25,062 bases of DNA, from IMG/VR virus record IMGVR_UViG_3300004369_000564, positions 1 to 25,062 of that record. One strand, given 5' to 3'. The position numbers were made by a program, and so were the translations under genes. Under the pieces are notes generated by a model. That model made no database searches. It saw only the letters and a list, made by a program, of their open reading frames with translations, and was not told where the DNA came from. Positions 1-8,494 of the stretch are shown here, one piece after another. Source of the stretch: a virus (lineage: Duplodnaviria > Caudoviricetes). How positions within the stretch are numbered: position 1 is the first letter of the stretch; every line of letters begins with the position of its first letter.

Positions 1-53
1 ATCATCACGAGCGAATGCGAGTGTGCCTGCATGCATATGCCAATCTTGAATCT

Positions 54-397
54 GGTTCCTTGTGTTCCACGAACCTGCCCCGATGTGGAACCAACTTGTG
101 GAACCAGCCGAATGCTTGCCTTTGCAAGGAAGAGGGGGCAATTGCCTGCCTGCGGTTCCATGGTTCCGCCAAGTTCAGCAGCGATTACATTACGGTCGAC
201 CACCGACCTAGGATAAAGAACTATGAATGAATGTTATTATTATCTGGAACCACGGAACCATACCCTATATCCGTTGTTGTTATCAGTCTTTTTGCGTTCC
301 ATGACTCGTGGAACCATGTGGAACCATGTGGAACCAAATAGCAGCTATGCCTGCCTGCGGTTCCACGGTTCGAAACCATGTGGAACCAAATAGCAGC
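54..397. repeat. Array of GGAACC/GGTTCC short repeats in both orientations (iteron-like; putative replication origin or genome-end site)
   Basis: Exact GGAACC at 87, 100, 246, 254, 310, 320, 330, 382 and GGTTCC at 54, 154, 162, 359. Longer duplications: TGCCTGCCTGCGGTTCCA (143-160, 348-365) and AACCATGTGGAACCAAATAGCAGC (322-345, 374-397). No credible gene here. Confidence 0.8.
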
Positions 398-401
398 GAT
401 G

Positions 402-515
402 GCGCGAGACAAGCTCGCGCTTCCATACAGTTTTATGTAGTGGATATATTCCACTCGCGACACCACGCAGTCGTACTAAAGTGCGTGGCGGTGTCTCCGG
501 AACGACCACGGTCAG
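402..515. other. Cluster of consecutive stem-loops upstream of the first gene
   Basis: GCGCGAG-acaag-CTCGCGC (402-420), AGTGGA-tatat-TCCACT (439-455), GACACCACGCA...TGCGTGGCGGTGTC (459-495), and a short GACC-ac-GGTC. Confidence 0.5.
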
Positions 516-560
516 ATGACAAGCTGGCCACTACTAATCTATTTATACAAGGAGGTAATT

Positions 561-998
561 ATGGGATTAGACGCATATGCTGGATTTCAGCAACCACAAC
601 CAGAGAACGTTGAGCCAATCAATTATGACGCGCTCAGCAACACTCTAGAACATGAAGATGAATTCTACTGGCGTAAACACGCTAGATTGCAAGAGTTCAT
701 GCAACAACTATGGCGTGTCAGAGAGTTTGGTGAAGATGCCAAACACTGGGGCGGGCTCCGTATGGACGGTAAGCACGACCTGACTGAGGTTATCTTTCTA
801 GAACGCGAAGACATCGTCAAACTACAAGAGCTAGTTGAGAATGACAACTTGCCCTTTTGTCCAGATGGTTTCTTCTGGGGCCATCAGTTCCAAGAAGAAT
901 CTATGAAAGAGTACAAAGAACTTGACTTAAAGTTCTGTAAGAAAGCTCTGCAATGGCTCGATGAAGGCAAGAAAGTCTGGTACGACTGCTCTTGGTAA
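561..998 (+). CDS. Hypothetical phage protein (MGLD...YWRKH family)
   Basis: Strong SD AAGGAGGT at 549-556 supports ATG 561 rather than 516. The MGLDxY, FYWRKH, GFFWG and C-terminal YxCSW pattern is typical of a common phage early-protein family. Confidence 0.85.
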   Translation: MGLDAYAGFQQPQPENVEPINYDALSNTLEHEDEFYWRKHARLQEFMQQLWRVREFGEDAKHWGGLRMDGKHDLTEVIFLEREDIVKLQELVENDNLPFCPDGFFWGHQFQEESMKEYKELDLKFCKKALQWLDEGKKVWYDCSW

Positions 999-1008
999 GG
1001 AGACTATT

Positions 1009-1161
1009 ATGATTAAAGATTATTTTAGGTCAGTGCTAATGGGTACGGGTGTTCTATTCGTACTCTTTGGCATAGCTACGAGTATTCAGTACTCGTTGAT
1101 TCTGCTCGGTATCGGGGTTGGTGTCGGGTCAATTTTGTATTTACTATGGAGGTTACTATGA
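1009..1161 (+). CDS. Small membrane protein (2 hydrophobic segments)
   Basis: SD AAGGAG at 997-1002 precedes ATG 1009; 50 aa, highly hydrophobic. Confidence 0.75.
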   Translation: MIKDYFRSVLMGTGVLFVLFGIATSIQYSLILLGIGVGVGSILYLLWRLL

Positions 1162-1310
1162 ATGCAAATATAGTTGGTGCGCTAACAACAGCACTTTGGA
1201 TATTAATAGAACTAATTCAGTTCGCATACATGGCTTATTTAGCCTGGAGGAATCGAGATGTTACTAGTAGGAATACTGTCGGCGCTAGGTTTGCTGATTC
1301 TAGCGCTTAA
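1158..1310 (+). CDS. Small membrane protein, 50 aa (not in ORF track)
   Basis: GGAGG at 1148-1152; ATGA overlap with the upstream stop. Translates as MNANIVGALTTALWILIELIQFAYMAYLAWRNRDVTSRNTVGARFADSSA*. Confidence 0.65.
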   Translation: MNANIVGALTTALWILIELIQFAYMAYLAWRNRDVTSRNTVGARFADSSA

Positions 1311-1590
1311 AGCAGGCGGACGTAAAGCTATCGGTCACGATATCTTTGTTGACGTCTTAATTACAGTCACATTGATGGTGTGTTTTTATGGCACATTCAG
1401 CGGTATGACTGCAGCAATGATTGGCGGTTTGTCAGCATCTGTTGTCTTGTTCTTTATGAAGAAGACTATGACGCATGAGAAGCTAACAATCGAAAAGGGA
1501 GACAAGGTTATTATGAATAGCCCTGTTAAAATTAAAATACCTACAATCAAGACTAAATGGAAGATTGTAGAACCAGAATGGAGGTCTTAA
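1258..1590 (+). CDS. Membrane protein (about 3 TM segments plus basic C-terminal tail)
   Basis: GGAGG SD at 1246-1250; hydrophobic stretches. Confidence 0.8.
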   Translation: MLLVGILSALGLLILALKAGGRKAIGHDIFVDVLITVTLMVCFYGTFSGMTAAMIGGLSASVVLFFMKKTMTHEKLTIEKGDKVIMNSPVKIKIPTIKTKWKIVEPEWRS

Positions 1591-1591
1591 A

Positions 1592-2608
1592 ATGCAAACC
1601 ATAAATCCACAAGCACTTAAAGCTGAGTTGAAAGACGCTGTTACAGCTGGTTACCCTGCCATGATATGGGGTGGACCAGGTATCGGTAAGTCTGACATAC
1701 CAGCTCAAGTAGCCGCCGAGCTCAATATGAATATTATTGACTTTCGTGCAAACTTATTCGACCCGGTCGACGTACGCGGTATTCCGTATCTAGCACAAGC
1801 TAGTCTGGAATCAACTAAGTATACGTCCTGGGCTGTACCTGATGTGTTCCCGATTGCAGAACGCGACGGCGACAGAGGTATCTTGTTTATTGACGAGTTA
1901 CCAACTGCGCCACCTGCAACACAGAACGCATTCTTACAACTATTGCTCAACAGAAAGCTAGGTGATTATGAGCTCCCAGCAGGTTGGGCACTAGTTTGTG
2001 CAGGTAACAGACTAACTGACAGCGCAGCTGTGTATCAGATGCCATCACCAGTTAGAAACAGACTAGCTCACTACGAGCTTGAACCAACGCTCGATGACTG
2101 GGTTCAGTGGGCTCATCAAAACAAGATTGACACGGATCTGATATCGTTCATTCAATACAGACCCGGACTTCTGTCTAATTTTAATGCAGATGAGTACGCA
2201 TTCCCAACACCGCGTGCATGGTCTATGGTCAGCAGAAAGCTTGGTAAAGCTAACACTGACCCAGACAGATTGTTTTTCGGTGTTGCATCACTAGTCGGTG
2301 ACGGTGCTGCAGGCGAGTTTGTTGCGTTCAAAGACATCGCAAGCAAGCTACCTGATATCGATGCGATTATTAAAGACCCATCTAAGTACAAGCGTGATGA
2401 CAACCCAGCGTTGTTGTATGCTTTGGCTAATGCGGTCGCAGCAAGAGCAGCAGATGACAAGATGGATAACATTATGAAACTCGCTGACAAACTAATTGTC
2501 GAGTATCAAGTTGTGCTAGTCAAAGGTTGTCTTGCTAGAAACAAAGAGTTACGTCAGCACCCTGCTATACGTAACTGGATTACTAAAAATGCTAATGTTA
2601 TCTTATAA
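1592..2608 (+). CDS. MoxR-like AAA+ ATPase
   Basis: Walker A GGPGIGKS, Walker B ILFIDE, sensor AGNR, arginine finger RNRL; adjacent VWA partner gene. Confidence 0.9.
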   Translation: MQTINPQALKAELKDAVTAGYPAMIWGGPGIGKSDIPAQVAAELNMNIIDFRANLFDPVDVRGIPYLAQASLESTKYTSWAVPDVFPIAERDGDRGILFIDELPTAPPATQNAFLQLLLNRKLGDYELPAGWALVCAGNRLTDSAAVYQMPSPVRNRLAHYELEPTLDDWVQWAHQNKIDTDLISFIQYRPGLLSNFNADEYAFPTPRAWSMVSRKLGKANTDPDRLFFGVASLVGDGAAGEFVAFKDIASKLPDIDAIIKDPSKYKRDDNPALLYALANAVAARAADDKMDNIMKLADKLIVEYQVVLVKGCLARNKELRQHPAIRNWITKNANVIL

Positions 2609-2620
2609 CAAGGAGGTTTT

Positions 2621-3277
2621 ATGAAAACAGTTAGATTATCACAATCTCTCAAATACGACATTCGACGTGCAGCAGAGAGGAAATACGACTCGGCTAATCC
2701 CGAAAAAGAGTACGCCAAGGATGGCATGCAATTGTTCCTCGACGAAGGGTATCAACAGAAGATTGATGCAACTTGTACGCACTTCAAACAAGTGTGGGGT
2801 TTTGACATGCCAGTCAACGTTGTACGTTACCTTATCATATCATCAGAGTATCTAGACTCTACTGATGATGAGGGTAACGAGCATTACGGAACCAAATCGT
2901 ACACGCTAAACCTACCAAACGTAGAGGTTCCTTCTATCTTGGTCAGATATGGCGACGAGATGAGGGTTAAAGTCAAACCAGACAACCCGACATTCTTACA
3001 TTGTGTCGAGACGGATATGTTCAACGGCAACAGAGATGATAAGAAACGTGAATATGTTCACAACTTAGAATCAGTGCTTGACAGGTTCTCTTCGCTTAAC
3101 CAGCTGATGAAAGCTGCACCTTATATCAAGGACTTAGTACCGCAAGATAAACTGCAAAAAATGCACGAAGTTGACGACCGTTCAGGTCGCAGAAAAGAGC
3201 AAGCAGAACTAGCGGATACTGAGCTATCAGAGCTACGTGAGGTGCTGCTTGAAGATGCGTTACTTGGAGATAACTAA
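2621..3277 (+). CDS. Hypothetical protein, Nmad5-like (paralogue of 4382-5281)
   Basis: SD AAGGAGGT. The N-terminal VRLSQSLK and C-terminal SLNQLMKAAPYIKDLVP resemble the Nmad5 pattern (from memory). Confidence 0.7.
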   Translation: MKTVRLSQSLKYDIRRAAERKYDSANPEKEYAKDGMQLFLDEGYQQKIDATCTHFKQVWGFDMPVNVVRYLIISSEYLDSTDDEGNEHYGTKSYTLNLPNVEVPSILVRYGDEMRVKVKPDNPTFLHCVETDMFNGNRDDKKREYVHNLESVLDRFSSLNQLMKAAPYIKDLVPQDKLQKMHEVDDRSGRRKEQAELADTELSELREVLLEDALLGDN

Positions 3278-4368
3278 TGAATGCACTATTTGTAAAGGCT
3301 AGGTCAAGACTAATCCTTGACAATCCATTTTTTGGCACACTGTGTCTCCGACTCAAAGTAGTTGAGTGGGAACAAGAGACAGGTGCCACTGATGGTGTCC
3401 ATTTGTTTTACAACCTTAAGTGGTTCGAGAAACTTACAGACATGGAGAGGATTGGCTTCTTGGCACACGAGGTTCTTCACGTTGTGTTTCTACATATTAC
3501 ACGTAGGAACGAACGTGATGCTACCAAGTGGAATGTAGCCTGTGATTATGCAATCAACAACTATTTGGTTGCAGAAGGATTTATATTACCGAAGGGCGGG
3601 CTTGTGGATCCGCAGTACAATGACATGACTGCGGAGGCTATCTACAGCGAGCTACCTGAACAAGATAGCAAGCTGCTAGACCCTGGTAAATGTGGTGGAG
3701 TTATGGACCACCCTGGCACCGATGGCACTAGTGGTAAAACTAGTGCTATCGAGGCTGGCCTGACTGTAGCAATACATCAGGCTGCCGAAGCTGCCAAAGC
3801 TCAAGGTAAATTGTCTGGCAGTATGGAGTCTGTTATATCAGACATAACTGACCCTAAAGTCGACTGGAAGGCTGTGTTGGCGCGTTTCTTGCGTGCCAAC
3901 AATAAGTCTGACTTCACTTGGGTTAGACCAAACAGACGATTTATTGCCCGTGGTATGTATCTACCTTCGCTACATAATCCTTGTCTAGAGGAGATTGTAG
4001 TTGCAGTCGACACATCAGGTTCGATCAGCGATGATGAGCTCACGCAGTTTACAACCGAAACGTCGTACATATTGCACGAACTGGCACCTGAGCGTGTACA
4101 GTTTTTGCAGTGCGATTTTGAAGTACAAAATGCTACTGAGTACACACGCGAATCGTTGCCACTAAAAGTAACGTACGAAGGCAGAGGCGGTACTAGCTTC
4201 TCACCTGTTATTGACTATGTCAATGAGAACTACCCTAACGCAGCTGCTCTAGTATATTTAACTGACCTGGAATCAGATGACTTTGGCGACAAGCCACACT
4301 ATCCTGTGCTTTGGGTTACAACTAACAAGACCAACGCCCCGTTCGGCGAGGTCATACAAATGCAATGA
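3277..4368 (+). CDS. HExxH metallopeptidase fused to a VWA-like domain (DUF2201 type)
   Basis: ATDG...AHEVLH zincin motif, WNVACDYAIN, MIDAS DTSGS, GRGGTSF, YLTD. Confidence 0.9.
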   Translation: MNALFVKARSRLILDNPFFGTLCLRLKVVEWEQETGATDGVHLFYNLKWFEKLTDMERIGFLAHEVLHVVFLHITRRNERDATKWNVACDYAINNYLVAEGFILPKGGLVDPQYNDMTAEAIYSELPEQDSKLLDPGKCGGVMDHPGTDGTSGKTSAIEAGLTVAIHQAAEAAKAQGKLSGSMESVISDITDPKVDWKAVLARFLRANNKSDFTWVRPNRRFIARGMYLPSLHNPCLEEIVVAVDTSGSISDDELTQFTTETSYILHELAPERVQFLQCDFEVQNATEYTRESLPLKVTYEGRGGTSFSPVIDYVNENYPNAAALVYLTDLESDDFGDKPHYPVLWVTTNKTNAPFGEVIQMQ

Positions 4369-4381
4369 CAAGGAGGTTATT

Positions 4382-5281
4382 ATGGCATCTGTAAGAATGA
4401 CAATCGAGCTGAGAGATCGGCTCATAAACGCGTATCGTAAGCAATGTCAAAGTGCTTACAATACAAAATTCGATGTAGAATCCACAATCAATGAGGTTGT
4501 GGACTCTATACAACAACAAGCTAACACAACCAATTTTGCAAAGCTTGTAGAAACTGCAGAACAATTTGCAGAGCTTATGGCTCAACATTCTAATAGGTAC
4601 AGGAGTTTATATACTAAAGAGTACAACAGAATGTATGGCTCTATAAATGCTATTAACCAATCAGGTCCCGACTATGGTGACGGTGACAATGAAAACGTGT
4701 GTCCTATTAAAAAGCCATCTCAGCTTTATGTAGTGTGTAATCCTAGTCGACCACAGTCAGAGAACTTAACAACAGTGTCTCACTGGCATTGTGGTTTTCA
4801 TGACAAATGGGACGGCAAGTATGTAGAGGCATCTGACAGCTTTGTAGAAGGCGACATGTTGTTTGTGCATGACTTCGGTCAAGACGCACCTTTCTTACCA
4901 TTTATTACTAATGGCAACGAAGATAATTACAGAGCAAAAGAGGATTATGCACCGACATGTAACCTCGCTCTTGTTGTTACTGACGTTACTATGTGTGATA
5001 AACTACAAGCTATACCTATGGCAAAGCAGAAAGTAAGCGACATGGTTAAGAAGTTCGAAGACTTCGTAGAACCTATAACAACGTTAAAGAAATTCCTAGA
5101 TGAGTTTCCTGGCGGTAGGTCTCTAGTACCGGAAGACAAGCTTCAAGAAATGGCTGCGCCAGCTGCTAAACGCAAAATAGAGTCTAAAGTAAAAGCAAAA
5201 GACTTGTTGACACCTGACTTAAAACAGGAGTTTAATGAGGTTATGTTAGAATCATCTTTATTAGGGGGTAATAATGACTAA
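4382..5281 (+). CDS. Hypothetical protein, Nmad5-like (paralogue of 2621-3277)
   Basis: SD AAGGAGGT at 4370-4377 supports ATG 4382. C-terminus TTLKKFLDEFPGGRSLVPEDKLQEM...EVMLESSLLG. Confidence 0.7.
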   Translation: MASVRMTIELRDRLINAYRKQCQSAYNTKFDVESTINEVVDSIQQQANTTNFAKLVETAEQFAELMAQHSNRYRSLYTKEYNRMYGSINAINQSGPDYGDGDNENVCPIKKPSQLYVVCNPSRPQSENLTTVSHWHCGFHDKWDGKYVEASDSFVEGDMLFVHDFGQDAPFLPFITNGNEDNYRAKEDYAPTCNLALVVTDVTMCDKLQAIPMAKQKVSDMVKKFEDFVEPITTLKKFLDEFPGGRSLVPEDKLQEMAAPAAKRKIESKVKAKDLLTPDLKQEFNEVMLESSLLGGNND

Positions 5282-5471
5282 TCCATCAATACTGCCATAT
5301 CCGGAGTTCGTCTATGAAGAACGCCAGGATTTCGAATACAACTTTTGGAAGTGGAAAGATATGGCAGATAATGAAGCTAGACAAGAAAACAGACCATATT
5401 ACACTGACGAAAAAGCTAAAGCTATATTCCAACAGCAGTACGGTCACTACAGCAAAGGAGTAGCATTATGA
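5274..5471 (+). CDS. Hypothetical protein
   Basis: Overlap-coupled ORF in the operon, GGGGG SD-like sequence upstream. Confidence 0.75.
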   Translation: MTNPSILPYPEFVYEERQDFEYNFWKWKDMADNEARQENRPYYTDEKAKAIFQQQYGHYSKGVAL

Positions 5472-5659
5472 GTGCTATTAAAAACTACATGTGGGACGTC
5501 GGCGAATACGCCGCGACCCACGGTATCTCAGCAGCTATGAGTAAGTATTTCGAATCAGAAGAAGGCGTACAAATGTGTATAATGTTCGTTCATGCTTACC
5601 ACGGTAACTGGCAACAATTTATGGCAGAAGATAACTGGCAGGAACCTTCTGTTCACTGA
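5468..5659 (+). CDS. Hypothetical protein
   Basis: AAGGAG SD, ATGA overlap with the upstream gene. Confidence 0.75.
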   Translation: MSAIKNYMWDVGEYAATHGISAAMSKYFESEEGVQMCIMFVHAYHGNWQQFMAEDNWQEPSVH

Positions 5660-5680
5660 CATGCCAAGGAGTGGCATTAG

Positions 5681-5724
5681 TATAGCCCAAGATTCGGTGT
5701 CCCGGCTTGGGCTATGCGTTTTTT
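5681..5724 (+). terminator. Rho-independent terminator ending the early operon
   Basis: ATAGCCCAAG (5682-5691) pairs with CTTGGGCTAT (5706-5715), followed by GCGTTTTTT. Confidence 0.75.
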
Positions 5725-5725
5725 C

Positions 5726-6133
5726 TTATGATACGTATACCCAACACTCAATAGTACCAGTACCGCCACCACCAGGTCCGACTTGTACAAGAATGTCAAT
5801 AGTATCGTCAGCTGAATATGCTCTTGGTGCTACGTTAGCATCTTTCTCATCAGTACCACCAGTTTGGCCAACAGTAGAACCATCGATGTAGTAATCAGCG
5901 TCTGAGCCGTCACCTACGTCAAGAACTAATGCTGTACCTGAATCTAAGTCGTCAGTTTTGATGATTACATCATGCACAGTTTCACCAGAGAATACGTCAA
6001 CAATTTGAATAACATCGTTTAATTCTAATGCAGTACTAGCTTCAAACTGAGCGTATCTTACGCCAACAGCTCCGCTTGGGAACGGCTTGAATGACTGATT
6101 ACCATTAACCATGTCTGATTTATATGTTGCCAT
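5726..6133 (-). CDS. Putative virion structural / capsid decoration-like beta-sandwich protein
   Basis: GGAG SD; 135 aa, acidic, G/T/D/V-rich with beta-strand patterning (LVLDVGD, TIDILV, GTIECWVYV), similar to phage head-associated proteins. The function is inferred. Confidence 0.6.
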   Translation of the reverse strand: MATYKSDMVNGNQSFKPFPSGAVGVRYAQFEASTALELNDVIQIVDVFSGETVHDVIIKTDDLDSGTALVLDVGDGSDADYYIDGSTVGQTGGTDEKDANVAPRAYSADDTIDILVQVGPGGGGTGTIECWVYVS

Positions 6134-6152
6134 ATTAATTCTCCATTTGTGT

Positions 6153-6209
6153 TATTACCCATTATTAGGTAATATCTATAGTCATAAAGACAGAAATAGA
6201 TTTTGTCAA
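6153..6209 (-). promoter_or_regulatory. Putative sigma70 promoter plus inverted repeat for the inverted gene
   Basis: Minus-strand TTGACA (6204-6209), 17 bp spacer, TATGAC (6181-6186). Inverted repeat TATTACC-N8-GGTAATA at 6153-6174. Confidence 0.45.
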
Positions 6210-6230
6210 GTTTAATTAAGGAGTAATTAA

Positions 6231-6443
6231 ATGCCACCATCACATGTATATGTAAAACGTAATCCAATCCACCCATATACATACAATGACCCAGCAGACT
6301 TACCCTTTATTCAATGGAAATTTGTCAAAATATCTGTTGCTTACAATATGTACACCAGTAAGCAAATAGGTTGGGAACATGCAAAGCGTTCAGAATACGA
6401 AGAATGGTGTACAAAAATGAAACAGTTCAAGGAGGAACTATGA
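6231..6443 (+). CDS. Hypothetical protein
   Basis: TAAGGAG SD; 70-aa ORF. Confidence 0.75.
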   Translation: MPPSHVYVKRNPIHPYTYNDPADLPFIQWKFVKISVAYNMYTSKQIGWEHAKRSEYEEWCTKMKQFKEEL

Positions 6444-6628
6444 ATAAACCACAACACTGGGTAAAAATATATGAGGCCAATAATGGCCACCACGAAATGT
6501 TAGATAATCTACAAGATGTCTTACATGACATGAATATAGATTGCTATAACGATATGGACTTAGCAAAACAAAATCACTGCGACTTGTTTGTAGTTTTGGA
6601 GAAAAGAGATGAAGAAAGAGTTAAATAA
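6440..6628 (+). CDS. Hypothetical protein
   Basis: AAGGAGG SD and ATGA overlap support start 6440. Confidence 0.7.
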   Translation: MNKPQHWVKIYEANNGHHEMLDNLQDVLHDMNIDCYNDMDLAKQNHCDLFVVLEKRDEERVK

Positions 6629-6701
6629 TATAGCAATGATGTTAGAGAGCTTAAATGCTGATTTACTAATGTTATGGAATTGGATAAGAGGCAAAAAATG
6701 A
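6609..6701 (+). CDS. Small ORF, 30 aa (not in ORF track)
   Basis: GGAG at 6598-6601; MKKELNNIAMMLESLNADLLMLWNWIRGKK*; its stop overlaps the polymerase start (ATGA). Confidence 0.5.
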   Translation: MKKELNNIAMMLESLNADLLMLWNWIRGKK

Positions 6702-8494
6702 AAAAATTATATTTAGATTTCGAAACATATTACGACACACATTTTACGTTAACTAAAATGTCTACAGCACAATATATAAATCACAAAGATTTTAAGGTTT
6801 GGGGTGTAGGACTGAAAGTAGACGATGGAGATACCGAATGGTATAGCGCAGACGAGGTAGATGATATCTTAGCTGCAATTGATTGGGGTGATACCGCTTT
6901 GGTTTGCCACAACACTCTGTTTGACGCCTTCATTCTTACTAGGCACTACGGGTATAATCCTGCGTATTATTATGATACTGCTGCTATGAGCAGAGGTTTA
7001 TATCCTAACGTGTCGGCTAGGCTGAAAGAATGTGTTATCCGTGAGTTCCCAAAGGATACAACAATGCGAAAGGGAGAAGAACTCGTGAATGCCAAAGGTA
7101 TACGCGACCTTGACCCAGAGCTTGACGAACAAATAGGTTCGTACTGTATTCAAGACGTGGATCTAACGTATGCACTCTTTCAGTCCTACGTGTCTAAGTT
7201 TCCAGAGTCAGAGCTTGACCTGATTGACTTAACTACACGTATGTTCGTTGAGCCAAAACTTTTATTGGACCAGCCAATGCTGTTGCAATACAAAGAAGAT
7301 ATGGCAGAACGTGCAAAGCTTGCTATAGATGCCTCAGGTGTAACACGAGAAACTCTTGCCTCACAACAAAAGTTTTGTGCGCACCTGGAGCAGCTGGGCA
7401 TAACAATACCGACAAAGAAAAGTCCAACAACAGGTAAACAAATACCTGCTTTTGGAAAAAACGACTCTGCATATTTGCAAATGTGCAACATGTATCCAGA
7501 ACATCGTGCATTGTGGGACGCTCGTGAAGTAGTCAAATCACGTATTGATGAAACTAGAGCGCAACGCTTTATTGATTCGTGCAACCCTGACGGCACCTTC
7601 GGTGTGCCGCTCAGGTATTATGCTGCACACACAGGTAGATTTGGTGGCTCTGACAAAATTAACCTACAAAACCTCCCTCGGGGTTCTAAATTACGTACGG
7701 CAATCAAAGCTCCTCAAGGACAACAACTGTTTATTGCTGACTTATCCAACATCGAAGCACGCATGCTCGCATGGCTAGCAAAAGAGTCATCACTAATTGA
7801 CGCCTTTGTAGAAGGTCGTGATGTGTATTGTGAATTTGCTTCACAGGTGTACGGTCGACCAATAACAAAAGACGACAAATTAGAAAGATATGTAGGTAAA
7901 ACTGCGGTACTCGGTCTAGGCTATGGAATGGGACACGCAAAGTTCCAGGACACGCTAAAAACAGGTTCACCATCAGTTGACGTTACGGACAACACTGCTG
8001 CCGCAATTGTCCAACAGTATCGTGCAATGTACAACAACATACCAATGCTTTGGGCTCGTATGAAAGACTTATTATTTAATATGATTTCACCAAGAGACCA
8101 CGGTATTACCTATGGCCCGCTAGAAGTCGGTCGAAACAAGCTAATCTTGCCAAATGGTATGGCACTTTCGTACCCTGACTTGCGATACGCAGGTGGTGAA
8201 TTTATATACAGCACCCAAAAAGGTATCGTGCGTACCTATGGGCCACGTTTAGCAGAAAATGTAATCCAAGCATTAGCTCGTGTGGTTATCACTGACCAGA
8301 TGTTAGAGATACATGCACTACCAGAAGTTGATGTTGTATTACAAGTTCATGATGAAATCATCGCATTAGGTTCACAACTTAATTCAGATGTTACAATGGA
8401 TAAGATACTAAACATTATGAAAACTCCACCGAGCTGGTGTAAAGACTTACCACTCGATGCAGAGGGAGGCGTAAGCCAAGTATATGACAAATAA
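6698..8494 (+). CDS. polA: Family A DNA polymerase with 3'-5' exonuclease
   Basis: ExoI LDFET, ExoII HNTLFD, ExoIII YCIQD; HTGR; NLQNLP; motif A DLSNIEAR; motif B RYVGKTAVLGLGYG; motif C QVHDE. Confidence 0.95.
   Translation: MKKLYLDFETYYDTHFTLTKMSTAQYINHKDFKVWGVGLKVDDGDTEWYSADEVDDILAAIDWGDTALVCHNTLFDAFILTRHYGYNPAYYYDTAAMSRGLYPNVSARLKECVIREFPKDTTMRKGEELVNAKGIRDLDPELDEQIGSYCIQDVDLTYALFQSYVSKFPESELDLIDLTTRMFVEPKLLLDQPMLLQYKEDMAERAKLAIDASGVTRETLASQQKFCAHLEQLGITIPTKKSPTTGKQIPAFGKNDSAYLQMCNMYPEHRALWDAREVVKSRIDETRAQRFIDSCNPDGTFGVPLRYYAAHTGRFGGSDKINLQNLPRGSKLRTAIKAPQGQQLFIADLSNIEARMLAWLAKESSLIDAFVEGRDVYCEFASQVYGRPITKDDKLERYVGKTAVLGLGYGMGHAKFQDTLKTGSPSVDVTDNTAAAIVQQYRAMYNNIPMLWARMKDLLFNMISPRDHGITYGPLEVGRNKLILPNGMALSYPDLRYAGGEFIYSTQKGIVRTYGPRLAENVIQALARVVITDQMLEIHALPEVDVVLQVHDEIIALGSQLNSDVTMDKILNIMKTPPSWCKDLPLDAEGGVSQVYDK

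Noticed and set aside
308-397. Possible CRISPR or mini-array in the GTGGAACCAT repeats
   Set aside because: Units are 6-10 bp, in both orientations, with no regular unique 25-45 bp spacers.
15-613. ORFs 15-230, 31-216, 221-466 and 308-613
   Set aside because: No SD; the translations merely reflect the DNA repeats. The region is better explained as non-coding.
4277-4381. Longer ORF-track starts (516, 961, 4277, 6371, 6674, 13639, 14345)
   Set aside because: Downstream starts have better SD sequences, stop/start coupling or family-typical N-termini, and avoid long overlaps.
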